64,000 nt of DNA, taken from positions 22,072,001-22,136,000 of the forward strand of contig OX597830.1 in assembly GCA_951406725.2 (NCBI GenBank), given 5' to 3'. The DNA is from Octopus vulgaris (taxonomy: Eukaryota). The notes beneath the pieces were generated by a model. The model saw only the letters and a list, made by a program, of their open reading frames with translations. It made no database searches and was not told where the DNA came from. Of this stretch, positions 37,086-46,400 are shown piece after piece (position 1 is the first letter of the stretch; each line of letters begins with the position of its first letter). Position numbers and translations under genes: made by a program.

Positions 37086-40000
37086 GACAGGCTTCTTTCA
37101 GTTTCCGTCTACCAAATCCACTCACAAGGCATTGGTCGGCCCGGGGCTATAGCAGAAGACACTTGCCCAAGATGTCATGCAGTGGGACTGAACCCGGAAC
37201 CATGTGGTTGGTTAGCAAGCAACTTACCACACAGCCACTCCTGTGCCTGATATATATATATACACACACACATACACACACCTTTTACATGTGTCATTCA
37301 CTGGACTGAGTCTATGTTTAGGCACTACCATGAAAGATTTAGTTGAACAAATCTATCTCAGTGGTTATTTTTCAAAGTCTGGGACTTATTCAATTGGTGT
37401 CTTTTGCCCAAACCATTAAATTTCAGAGAAGCAAAGGAACCAGCACTGATTGTCAGGTGGTAACAGGGAACACGCACACACACATATATATATAAGCGCG
37501 GGCATGGCTGTGTGGTTAGGAAGCTTGATTCCCAGCCTCATGGTTTCGGGTTCAGTCCCACTGCGTGGCACCTTGGGCAAGTGTCTTCTGCTATAGCCCT
37601 GGGCCGACCGAAGCTTTGTGATTGAATTTGGTAGGCGGAAGTTACTGCCGCATGTATATGTATGTGTAGGTGCTTGTGCCTCTCCGAGAGAGAGGGATAT
37701 ATATATACATACATATATACACATAAATATGATGGACTTCCACACAGTTTCTGTCGACCAAACTCATTGGACAGTCTGGGGTTCTAGTAGAGGATGCTTG
37801 CCAAAGGTGAATCTGAAACCACATGGCTGCAAAGCAAGCTTCCTTGTCACACAACCATGCCTGCACGCAGACATACACACACACACAAGTACTGATATAA
37901 AACCAAAAGAAACAAAACACCCTTGACTAAAATAAATGAGCTATAACTGCACCTGGTTTCTCTTCACTTTCTTCAGTATTTTTACGACTTTCTTCTTCTT
38001 CACATTTCAGAGCCTGTGGACAAGAGATAACAAAAGCACTGATGAGATCCTTGAATCTTCATTAGCACAACATCTATAACAATTGTTGGTACAGAAACCA
38101 TTAGATATTTGAAGTAACACAGACATGCTATCAATCTATTACCACCTGGTGGTTTGCAATGCTGGCACAAATTGTATTTGTTTGCTATATAACAAACCAA
38201 CCATCTCAGTTTTATTAAACAGGAATTATAGCAATAAGTGTGAGATAGATTCTCTCTCATAGGACTAGTTTCAAGAATGGGAGCCATTTTCTTCCAATCC
38301 TAGTTCTACCTTTTACTTTAACCATATTTCTGTCAAAAGACCCTAACCCTTTCATTACCGTATTCATTTTGAGATCCTGTGTTTCTTTCAATTAATTTTA
38401 TATATAAGAAAGAATTTAATAAAATAACTTATCATTAAGCTAGTGTTAGGAACATAAATTGGTGACTAAGGTTTGTGTGGTCAATGATTAGAGAAAACTT
38501 GTACAGGTTCACGTCTTGAGGACCTGGTGGATTATTATCCACCATGTGAAAAACTTTCAACAGAAGTTCAAACCTTCATCTGGTCATCAGCAAGTTGAAC
38601 CAGGGTGTGGCTTGTAATGCCAAACGAGACCAATAGGATTTGATGGTTGGTTTTCTCAGTAACTTCATGTTGAGAATTGTAGCAATGAATGCCTTCATCT
38701 CTGCGCCTGACGCTGAGGTTCATTTCTTGACAATTGGTGTGGGTTTCAGTCTGATTTGGGCCAGAAACTTGTCCCAGTCACGAAAACAGTAAGAAATGGG
38801 AGCGCTTTTGGAATGCTTTTTAGTCTAGTGTACTCAAGAAACTGGTCGGAATCATCATGATTTGGTTCAGTATCATAGATCCTGAACTACAGCATGGGTG
38901 CAAAATAAGTCTCCATTTCACCCTCCACAGATCCTTCACTATTTTCAACTAGGCTTTCTTCAAAATCACTATTTGTCTCGTAACTTTCGTGAGAATTGCT
39001 CATCTTCGTCAATACTGCACGACAGGAAATACATCAACTGAAAGATGATCTCTGATTGGTCATTACACTTCAAAACTGAGCATTCACAACGTTTGTTTCA
39101 TCGAGATCAGCCTCAAAAATCCTTTCACCTTGTATCACTTGGACAGATCAAGCGGCCCAGGTATCCCAAGAGGGTAAGTTGTGCATTTGTTACCCAAGCC
39201 TGAGCTCTGTTCCTGGTAATAAAAAATAGTTCCCTATATATCATTCTTTGCCACAAACCGTATAATTTGGTCTAAAAACTGATTAAAGTTTATTAGGGCC
39301 ACGAGGATTTAAATAAACATTTACAAAAACATAAAGCTTTTAAATTACAACAACGAAGCTTGGAAACTACAACAGTATCAATAAAATATGATCGAAAATA
39401 GTCTTCTTTTAATCACTCTCATCTTATATCAGAATGTTCTTTTCAGTAAATTCATCAGAAATTTTAAACTCATTTCTATTAACAGGGAGTTTGACGTAAA
39501 ATAATACTAAAATATCTACAAAAATAAACGCATATCATTTTAAACACGGGAATAATTGATTAATATCAGTGAGTTCAAAAATTTCCCATTTAGTAATTGA
39601 ATTTGCCACCTATTTTTCATTGGAGATAAAACGGCAAGACTTCCTTTAGGCAACTTCCGTCAACATTCTTTATTAAATTAATTTACACATTTTGTGACCT
39701 AGAAACTAAGTTGCCTCGTAAGTTCACAAGTGCACACCTAAGTAAAGAAATGCAATTTTTTTTCATAACGCTAGAATTATATTTACAGGCGTAGGAGTGG
39801 CTGCGTGGTAAGTTGCTTGCTTACCAACCACATGGTTCCGGGTTCAGTCCCACTGCGTGGCATCTTGGACAAGTGACTTCTACTATAGCCTCGGACCGAC
39901 CAAAGCCTTGTGAGCGGATTTGGTAGACGGAAACTGAAAGAAGCCCGTCGTATATATGTGTGTTTGTCCTCCCAACATCGCTTGACAACCGATGCTGGTG

Positions 40001-42026
40001 TGTCTAGGATCAACATTAGGCTTTTTATATAAGTTAAGCTGGCTGAGTCATTAACACATCGGACAAAATACATAGGAGCATTTTTGAGTTCAAATGCCAC
40101 GGATAAAATAAAATATCTGTCATGTACTGAGATCAAAGTAATAGACTACACAACAAACCTCAGGCCTTGTGTATATAGTAGAAACGATTATTATAAGTAG
40201 GAATTTTGCTTTCGTAAATAAAAAGAGGAAAGAAACAATTTTCAGATATTCGAGTGCTAAGTCGAAACAAGTGTTTATATATAAGTATACAAATGTCATT
40301 AAGGAGACGAAACGACAAATTTCATGTTTAAAACTGATTATAGTATTGTTTACTTCTTGCTTTAATTGGTATGTTGCATAGAAAGAAGTTTTTACTGTAT
40401 GCCCAAAATATCAAAAACAAAATAAGATAAACTAAAAATTATTTTAATCGAAAAAAGTACGTTGGTGGTAGGGAATAATTGCCACTTTTGTTTGGTTTTA
40501 AATTGTGGGATCTTTTCGGTTTGAACGGCAGTTTTTTCTAGCGATGTCATATGAAATTGTCACCCATAATTATGACCCTAGTATCGATCTATTGCATTTC
40601 AATCTGTTTTAGGGTTAGGAGTGGAGGGAAGGGTATCTTTTTTTCTTCACAAATGTAAATAAACCCAATCTGTTTCTTAAACGAGGGACATATTCATACG
40701 GCACAGAATGTTTTTTCACCTCAATAGACGTCATTGATTGGTTGAAATTGAAGAAAAAAATCAACAAATATCTTACAAACTATAGAATTTTCTTAAAAAA
40801 GCCAAGAGAAAAAGATGGGCGATCTTTCGTCTCTAGTAGACCTTTCCGTCGATTTCCGTGTCTCCCACACCCCATCAAACACACACACACACATGTACAT
40901 CAATGCTTCCCATGCACGGTAACTTCAAAAGAACTTCCCTCGTCATACAATCGCTTTTTCTTAGTCTCTTTCCGCAAGCCCATATGTAAAAAAAAAATTT
41001 TTTTTTACAGAAATCGACGGAAAGGTCTACTAGAGACGAAAGATTGCCAAAAGATGTTTTATAAACACATTCTACCAGTATACGAAGTTTAAAAGTGTTT
41101 AGTAACGTGGAAATTATTTTAAAAAACTGCCGTTCAAACAGAAAAGATCCAAGTTGTGAATTACAAATGTTATAGAATGTGGAATATAATAGAATAAATA
41201 AAACTAACGAAACTACATAGATGTATTTAGTTTTTTTAACCTTCAAAAAATTAAATTGCATGTTTCAGAAATGTCCAATATAATATGAGGGGGAAAAACC
41301 TTTTGTTTTTTTTATCTATCCATGGTTGTGAAAACACGTGGGGCAAGTTTAAAAAATTATAGATATTTGATTTTCTTTTTATATAACGCTTTCCCCTCCA
41401 TCATTTTGAAATGCGTGGTGCAACAAAAAAAATCCGTAAATCCTGACCAAAACATAGAAAATCAAACTCATGTGGGTTGAGCAGGTTTCGAAACTCCGCC
41501 ATTACGCATCAGTCTTCCACCGTACGTTTACAACCAAGTCACTGATGCTATATTCTATCAGATTTCCGTAAACAGTGGAATAATATTGGTGACCAGGGGG
41601 TGGATATATAACGAAGGATTACTCAGTAACAAATAATTAATCATGCTTTTATAAAATATAAACAAAAGTCATTATAATACGGGGCCATAATATGTTGTGT
41701 TTAAAATGGCTACGATGACTTTCCTTCAATGAAAAACCATCATTTTTTATGTTTATTTTGGTCTGTTAGACATTTTTGCACGAGTTTTGAAAATTCAAGA
41801 AACCCCCCTGCCAACATTGTTATAATTATAATACAATGTTTTTATATATATTATACATAAACACCGTCGTTGATTATAAGATCGCTCCTACCTTTTCCAG
41901 ACGTTGCAAGAGCACGGCCTTTACTCCAGTCTTGTCCAGACCTCGTTTCTCCAGTTCATTGCGAAGGTCCACAACCCTGAGATCCGTTAATTTGTCACTG
42001 GAGATCTCACCACTTACACTGGCCAT
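9082..42026 (-). CDS. SAFB: SAFB/SLTM-family RNA/DNA-binding protein, paralog A (divergent copy); 17 coding exons, 816 aa
   Basis: Hand-spliced exons 41892-42026, 37953-38013, 36275-36300, 35404-35455, 33016-33047, 31091-31333, 30663-30696, 25286-25772, 22884-22918, 22635-22729, 18807-18956, 16444-16604, 15284-15394, 14818-14964, 10490-10690, 10202-10338, 9082-9425. All are GT-AG with matching phases and no internal stop (2451 nt). SAP + RRM (NLWVSG...FVTMS) + E/R/K coiled coil + G-rich tail is the SAFB architecture. Confidence 0.88.
9708..10170 (+). mobile_element. SINE family A with an internal 60-bp tandem duplication
   Basis: Consensus match; tgtcagtggatttggtagacagaaactgaaagaagcc occurs twice, 60 bp apart. 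Confidence 0.8.
10202..10338 (-). CDS. SAFB: SAFB-A exon ([14 protein letters not shown]...RMRTS)
   Basis: ttccag acceptor, G|gtaaat donor; paralogous to 47682-47821. Confidence 0.85.
10490..10690 (-). CDS. SAFB: SAFB-A R/D/E-rich exon
   Basis: (ct)n-cag acceptor, CG|gtaatt donor; paralogous to 48187-48372. Confidence 0.85.
11880..14760 (-). mobile_element. Decayed RTE-type LINE (reverse transcriptase relic)
   Basis: Relics LYLAFVDMEK.AFDRVP (about 13870-13915), QVYAED (about 13625), KLYDACVHTA (about 12090); many stops. Confidence 0.7.
12244..13264 (-). mobile_element. Internally deleted (TRIM-sized) LTR retroelement, Copia-like
   Basis: Direct TG..CA repeats 12244-12490 and 13099-13264; 5-bp TSD gtaac / gtatc; PPT aagggggagc next to the 3' LTR; aggttat PBS-like start. 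Confidence 0.7.
14818..14964 (-). CDS. SAFB: SAFB-A exon ([28 protein letters not shown]...FQNESR)
   Basis: Phase 2 to 2; RP..D...W.E.KR resembles the SAFB post-coiled-coil motif; paralogous to 49480-49623. Confidence 0.85.
15284..15394 (-). CDS. SAFB: SAFB-A coiled-coil exon ([19 protein letters not shown]...AEMLR)
   Basis: ctcag acceptor, CG|gtaaga donor, phase 2 to 2. Confidence 0.88.
16444..16604 (-). CDS. SAFB: SAFB-A coiled-coil exon (EKRQKTARW...EEAIRLDIMREQLR)
   Basis: 161 nt, same length and phase as copy B 55405-55565. Confidence 0.82.
18807..18956 (-). CDS. SAFB: SAFB-A RRM exon b (VADCQMITRSRKSGTRCHAFVTMSTEAEALQCIMWLNKSHVNGMKLTVER)
   Basis: RNP1-like RCHAFVTM; 150 nt, same boundaries as copy B 59683-59832. 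Confidence 0.92.
19005..20070 (-). mobile_element. RTE-type LINE 3' fragment
   Basis: MLFAYDAA (LFADDA), RLSWFGHVHHMPDERIPKDLYGKL motifs. Confidence 0.75.
20760..22170 (-). mobile_element. Decayed CR1/L2-like LINE
   Basis: VLFFDISHAFNCAW RT relic near 21810-21845; shares caatattgcatacaggact with 46028. Confidence 0.55.
22635..22729 (-). CDS. SAFB: SAFB-A RRM exon a ([27 protein letters not shown])
   Basis: RNP2 LWVSG; same 95-nt length and splice sites as copy B 62612-62706. Confidence 0.92.
22884..22918 (-). CDS. SAFB: SAFB-A exon 9 (SLVSKPKAAKK)
   Basis: ttacag acceptor, AAG|gtaatt donor; homologous to copy B exon 62848-62888. Confidence 0.8.
23124..23889. mobile_element. hAT-like MITE (CAGG...CCTG) in a TA microsatellite, with a SINE inserted
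   Basis: Termini cagggacatac / catgcctg; subterminal ggtaggc / gcctaccc repeats. Confidence 0.5.
23144..23494 (+). mobile_element. tRNA-derived SINE with TSD
   Basis: A box tggctcagtgg, B box gctcgaatccc; TSD actgcctgggt; partial reverse copy at about 20490-20600. Confidence 0.8.
24123..24350 (-). promoter_or_regulatory. Candidate conserved poison (stop-containing) cassette exon in SAFB-A, with branch point and acceptor
   Basis: gCTGACctctttttAG acceptor (exon starts 24332); donors after 24238 (AG|gtaatc) and 24123 (CAG|gtaagc); in-frame TAG; near-identical in copy B. Confidence 0.6.
25286..25772 (-). CDS. SAFB: SAFB-A exon 8, acidic/lysine-rich linker (APPEQSS...SLILHVDDTQNDLD...KDVKSK)
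   Basis: Includes ORF 25252-25695; ttctgtag acceptor, AG|gttggt donor, phase 1 to 2. Confidence 0.85.
26870..28143 (+). mobile_element. Decayed Tc1/mariner transposon (maT/DD37D-like)
   Basis: Degenerate TIRs caggtatttgtgaaca / tgttctcaattacctg; relics SEINFDQEQKVNRRN, TKFPSSLMVLGIV, DMNLL.YYIW, RFHGRIETV..NEGCFIK. Confidence 0.75.
28250..28500 (-). mobile_element. Tc1/mariner transposase fragment
   Basis: Frameshifted IFWSDEATFHVDG....CAWAAIHSSSIIGSFLF. Confidence 0.6.
30663..30696 (-). CDS. SAFB: SAFB-A exon 7, 34-nt microexon (GQSDDPLKNTT)
   Basis: Pyrimidine tract + caag acceptor, CAG|gtatgt donor; phase 0 to 1 is what joins exon 6 to exon 8. Confidence 0.65.
31091..31333 (-). CDS. SAFB: SAFB-A exon 6, acidic S/T-rich linker (KESETANV...GTVLQ)
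   Basis: Lies in ORF 31028-31375; ttttcag acceptor, CAG|gtaatt donor, phase 0 to 0. Confidence 0.8.
33016..33047 (-). CDS. SAFB: SAFB-A exon 5, 32-nt microexon (KNEHTTDNMDE)
   Basis: tttttatttctag acceptor, GAG|gttggt donor, phase 1 to 0. Confidence 0.62.
33506..33805 (+). mobile_element. tRNA-derived SINE (another family) with TSD atacatctc
   Basis: A box tggcctagtgg, B box ggttcgaatct; (aac)n tail. Confidence 0.75.
35404..35455 (-). CDS. SAFB: SAFB-A exon 4 (THSEEKCLEENQSTEDI)
   Basis: ttctag acceptor, gtaagt donor, phase 0 to 1. Confidence 0.65.
35615..36015 (+). mobile_element. tRNA-derived SINE family A, full length
   Basis: gtggctgtgtggtaag..ggttccgggttcagtccc head, (aagagt)n tail; over 10 copies in the window. 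Confidence 0.85.
36275..36300 (-). CDS. SAFB: SAFB-A exon 3, 26-nt microexon (DVAALVKID)
   Basis: tgtttttcag acceptor, gtgagt donor, phase 1 to 0 fits both neighbours. Confidence 0.65.
36555..36815. mobile_element. Perfect 95-bp inverted repeat plus tail in (TA)n; Penelope-like inverted pLTR fragment with a hammerhead-like motif
   Basis: Arms 36555-36649 / 36656-36750 are exact reverse complements; unpaired 65-nt extension; (TA)n on both sides. Confidence 0.6.
36858..37248 (-). mobile_element. SINE family A, full length, inverted
   Basis: Reverse complement of 35615-36015. Confidence 0.85.
37953..38013 (-). CDS. SAFB: SAFB-A exon 2 (ALKCEEEESRKNTEESEEKP)
   Basis: ccacag acceptor, G|gtgcag donor, phase 0 to 1; continues the SAP helix. 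Confidence 0.75.
38347..39174 (-). mobile_element. Decayed piggyBac (PGBD4-like) element
   Basis: Ends taa|ccct / aggg|taa; relic EMKAFIATILNMKLLRKPTIKSYWS...TPWFNLLMTR.RFELLLKVFHMVDN at about 38535-38700. Confidence 0.7.
39787..40003 (+). mobile_element. SINE family A, 3'-truncated
   Basis: Consensus match. Confidence 0.8.
40508..41150. mobile_element. Merlin-like MITE (host) with 8-bp TSD
   Basis: TIRs ggatcttttcggtttgaacggcag / ctgccgttcaaacagaaaagatcc; TSD aaattgtg / aagttgtg. Confidence 0.85.
40818..41048. mobile_element. 231-bp Merlin-like MITE nested in the host MITE
   Basis: Perfect TSD aaaagatg; about 39-bp TIR ggcgatctttcgtctctagtagacctttccgtcgatttc. Confidence 0.88.
41892..42026 (-). 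CDS. SAFB: SAFB-A exon 1, SAP domain (MASVSGEISSDKLTDLRVVDLRNELEKRGLDKTGVKAVLLQRLEK)
   Basis: Classic SAP motif LRVVDLR.EL..RGL...G.K..L..RL; ATG in ACCATGG context; donor AAG|GTAGGA, phase 0. Confidence 0.93.
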
Positions 42027-42714
42027 GGTGTGATGAATTATATGTGTGAGTAAATACCGAGTGTCGTTGTCCACTGATTTCACGTTGAAGCAAAAACTTA
42101 AGGACGCAATTAAAGTTTTATTTATCTACACAACAGTTATCTCCCTTTTTTTGCGTGGTGACGTTGAAGCTGCTTCGTTTGTCGTTGCCACCAGATGGCA
42201 CAAGTGTCAAGCTGTAAAGCATTGCTATGACAATGACCCTCAAATTCCTAACAGTCTTCTCTTCATTCTATCCTGCTTGTACTTGCAGGCAACACCTACC
42301 TTACGGAACACCGCGTTCCTGAAAATCTTGTCGTAAGGTGGGGTTCCGTAACAGGAAACTGGTTTCTATGCTTATAACTAAGACGCATTCCGATAGAATT
42401 TTTTTTTTATTCAGAGAGAAATAAGTTCGCGCGCAAACACACAAAACGGAATGCAACCCACGTTGTTTCGGGTTAAGTCACTCTGCGCGCCACTTTGAGC
42501 AAGTGTCTTCTCTAGTCACAGGCCGACTAATACCTCGGGAATTTAGCAGACGGAAACTGAGGAAGCCCTTCATTTACGAAGGGCTTGCAGCAATCAATGT
42601 TTTTGTCTCACTCTACCACCGTTTGACAACCGGTGTTGATTTGTTTACGTTCCCTGTAACTTATTGGTTCAGCAAAACAGCCGCGATAGTAGAAGTGCCA
42701 GACTTAAAAATATG

Positions 42715-43902
42715 GGATCTTTTCGGTTTGAACAGCAGTTTTTAAAAATAATTTCCACGTAACTAAACACTTTTAAACTTCGTATACTGATAGAATGTGT
42801 TTATAAAACATCTTGGTTAATATCTAGATCCGCACCCGGTGGGAAAAATGGAAACGAAAATGTGTAACAGTTGTAAGGCATCGTATATTGACGGAATAAG
42901 ACGGGAAAAAAGCGCGCTGACAAACGGGGGTGGGGGGGCTCGGGAAATTCCCAGGATCAACCGTAGAGGATCCACGCCCAGGTGGCAAAAATGGAAAAAA
43001 ATATGTGTAACAGGTGTAAGGCATCGTATATTGAAGGAATATGACGAAAAAATAGCGCGCTGACAAACGGGGTGGGGGGGGGGCTCGGAAAATTGCCTAC
43101 GATTTAAAGAAAAATTTACCATCAATTTTCACCATTGTGTTTCTGATTCGCGACCCCATGTCGAATTTATCGATTTTTTTCAGAACTGGGGGAACTTTTC
43201 AAAATTTTCGCTGCGATAGTTTTGAATTATGACATTGGGCTATGTGTGTGAAATGCGTTTAAAATGGTGAAAATTGATGGTAAATTTTTCTTTAAATCGT
43301 AGGCAATTTTCCGAGCCCCCCCCGTTTGTCAGCGCGCTTTTTTTCGTCATATTCCTTCAATATACGATGCCTAACACCTGTTACACATGTTTTTTTCCAT
43401 TTTTGCCACCTGGGCGTGGATCCTTTACGGTTGATCCTGGGAATTTCCCGAGCCCCCCCCCCACCCCCCGTTTGTCAGCGCGCTTTTTTCCCGTCTTATT
43501 CCGTCAATATACGATGCCTTACAACTGTTACACATTTTCGTTTCCATTTTTCCCACCGGGTGCGGATCTAGATATTAACCAACATCTTTTTCTTTTGGCT
43601 TTCTTGAGAAAATTCTATAGTTTGTAAGATATTTGTTGTTTTTTCTTTTTTCAATTTCTGCAATTTCAACCAATCAATGACGTCTATTGAGGTGAAAACA
43701 ATCTGTGCCGTATGAATATGTTCCTCGTTTAAGAAACAGATTGGGTTTATTTACATTTGTGAAGAAATAAAAGATACCCTTCCCCCCACCCCTAACCCTA
43801 AAACAGATTGAAATGCAATAGATCGATACTAGGGTCATAATTATGGGTGACAATTTCATATGACACCGCTAGAAAAAACTGCCGTTCAAACCGAAAAGAT
43901 CC
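42715..43902. mobile_element. Merlin-like MITE (host), opposite orientation to the 40508 copy
   Basis: Same TIRs and body as 40508-41150, reverse-complemented. Confidence 0.85.
42815..43580. mobile_element. 766-bp foldback element with arms of about 325 bp, nested in the host MITE
   Basis: Perfect TSD aacatctt; termini ggttaatatctagatccgcacccgg / ccgggtgcggatctagatattaacc. Confidence 0.9.
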
Positions 43903-44266
43903 GTATTTTCTTGAAAATAATTATTTTTAAACACTTATAGTTTAGTATGCTTACATGAAGCATTTAAAGAGAAATGCATATGGGAATAAATAAGAATTCT
44001 GTACAGTACATACTCATCACAAAAGCTATCTGCTGTTATGTGGTGGGAAGTGGGGATTCATCTCTCTCCCACCCATAGATCGTCGGCAGCATCTGCTTCA
44101 GGGGTGAAGAAATGATCCAAACTTGTTTGCAGTCACAGCACTCCATTTTCTTGTATAATTTACATCTATAATGGACTCCTCATATTTTTGCAATCGACTA
44201 ATAAAAACTGAACGGAATCTTCTTGCCATGTGGCTTGTTTTTCTTCTAACGGCACCAGCTCCTCGT

Positions 44267-44628
44267 TACTCTCTTTTACTTGTTTCAGTCATTTGACTGT
44301 GGCCATGCTGGAGCACCGCCTTTAGTCGAGCAAATCAACCCCAGGACTTATTCTTTGGAAGCCTAGTACTTATTCTATCGGTCATTTTTGCCGAACCGCT
44401 AAGTTACGGGGACGTAAACACACCTGCATCAGTTGTCAAGCGATGTTGAGGGGACAAACACAGACACACAAATGTATACACACTCACACACATATATATA
44501 TATGTGCTTCTTTCAGTTTCCATCTACCAAATCCACTCACAAGGCTATAGTAGAAGACACTTGCCCAAGGTGCCACGCAGTGGGACTGAACCCGGAACCA
44601 CGTGGTTCGTAAGCAAGCTACTTACCAC
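44267..44628 (-). mobile_element. SINE family A
   Basis: Consensus match; a + strand partial copy follows at 44686-44878. Confidence 0.8.
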
Positions 44629-44877
44629 TAGATACAGTTGTTCATATACTTGAGGCACTCCCCATTTTTATCAAGAACTTCGAAGTTTGTCCCCACCAAC
44701 ATCGCTTGACAACCAATGCTGGTGTGTTTATGTCCCCCGTAACTTAGCGGTTTGGCAAAAAAGAGATTGATAGAATAAGTACTAGGCTTACAAAGAATAA
44801 GTCCTGGTGTCGATCTGCTTGACTAAAGGTGGTGCTCCAGCATGGCTGCAGTCAAATGACTGAAACAAGTAAAAGAG

Positions 44878-45487
44878 TCATCTTGATTGTTTTCCTGAAA
44901 ATCTCGGAGATGTTAGCAATGAACAAGGTGAACAATTCCATGAGGACATCAAGGAGTTGGAAACTCAGTACCAAAGACGTTGGGACACTGTGCTGATGGC
45001 AGACTATTACCGGTGTTTAAGACGAGATACTCCTGTGGCTCAATATTCAGTGCACAAAGAAGCACAAATTTATTCTTTGGATTTTCTACCAAAAATCTTT
45101 GCCAACGTGCATTTTCAATTTTAGATTTTTGTTTGTAGTGTTTTGTTTTGTTACGCTCTCTTTACTGATTCATATTTTAGGAAGGGCATCCAGCTGTAGA
45201 AACATTGCCAGATAAGACCGGAGCCTGGTGCAGCCTTCTGGCTTCCCAGATCCCCGGTCAAACCGTCCAACCCATGCTAGCATGGAGAACGGACGTTAAA
45301 CGATGATGATGATGATGATGATGATGCCTTTTGTATGAATAAAATACTTATTCTATCAGGTCAAGTCAGAAATAAAACCTTATAGAGAAGAACTCAAGTT
45401 ATTTTTGAATTTAGCAGGCAAATTCACTTAGGAATTTGTTGAAATATTCCAGGTTCAGGACAGTTTTTTTATTCTTGTTGCCCAGTG
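44878..45487 (+). mobile_element. Chapaev3-type (CMC) transposon 3' relic
   Basis: SHLDCFPENLGDVSNEQGEQFHEDIKELETQYQRRWDTVLMADYY; right end ttgttgcccagtg (CACTG terminus). Confidence 0.7.
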
Positions 45488-45814
45488 TAATGTGAGATGG
45501 CCATTTATCTCCTCTACAGCAAGACGTCTGTCCCTCTATCATATTTTAGCCTTCAACATCCGGCATAAAGCCACCTCCCCTTCTCTCAAACACACTCCTA
45601 CTCAGTTGAGGGGGATTTTTCTTTTATTTATTTCGTTTTGCAAGTTGGTGACGTCTCTAGTGCCAGTGTCACAAGAAAAGCACCCAGGGCATTCTGATCC
45701 TTTCAAACCATCCAACCCATGCCAGCACTGAAAACAGACATTGAATGATAATAACAATGACAGTGTGAACTGACTTGTATCCTCTGGACTGGGCTGTATC
45801 TGTTGAATGATGGT

Positions 45815-46250
45815 AGCATTAATATCCTGCATGTAAGGAAAAGCCACTGCAGGTGTTCTATTTGAGATGATTGTCAGAGTTTGTTTGAACTGACTAGAGA
45901 ACAACTTTACCCATGATGTGAATGTTACCTCAGGAAGCCTCCAAGGTATTATTGAAAGCCTCAAACGCAAGACTGAGACATTATGCATTCATACTTCCAG
46001 CTAGGCCTGCTTGTCCAAACCCTCTGCCAATATTGCATACAGGACTGTCAGTGTGTGCAGGGTTGAGTGGCAGCTCATAGCTGAAAAAGACAGGTCTTGC
46101 AACCTGTGAACAAAGATGTGGCAATTCTGGATGAGGCCACCACAGGAGGAATCTGTTTGAGTAGGTGAATAAACTTATTGTGAAAATTAAGTTGATAACA
46201 AAAACGAACATTTTGACTTCCACTAGAAGCTTCAAGGAAAACAAACAGTG
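45815..46250 (-). mobile_element. Fragment of the same CR1/L2-like LINE
   Basis: Sequence shared with 20760-22170 and 61300-61960. Confidence 0.45.
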
Positions 46251-46394
46251 ACATGTTGAAACAGAGAAAGAGGAAAGATGAAAAAATGATAGAGCAAAGG
46301 CATAGGAGGTAAAGAAAAAATATAGAAAGAAATAAAGACATGAATATATACAGAATAAATAAAATACTTTGCAATTGTTTTATAGTGAATAAAA

Positions 46395-46400
46395 TTTATT
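46395..46400 (-). terminator. Putative polyadenylation signal AATAAA of SAFB-B
   Basis: Conserved with 6902-6907 at the end of the paralogous 3' UTR. Confidence 0.5.

Noticed and set aside
38347-39174. Domesticated piggyBac gene in the SAFB-A intron
   Set aside because: Only a short transposase relic with stops remains
42817-43627. Mirror-image ORFs on both strands
   Set aside because: A by-product of the inverted arms of a non-coding foldback element
40508-43902. Composite transposon carrying SAFB-A exon 1 between two inverted MITEs
   Set aside because: The outer flanks (aaattgtg vs gtattttc) are not a TSD, and the left MITE has its own TSD
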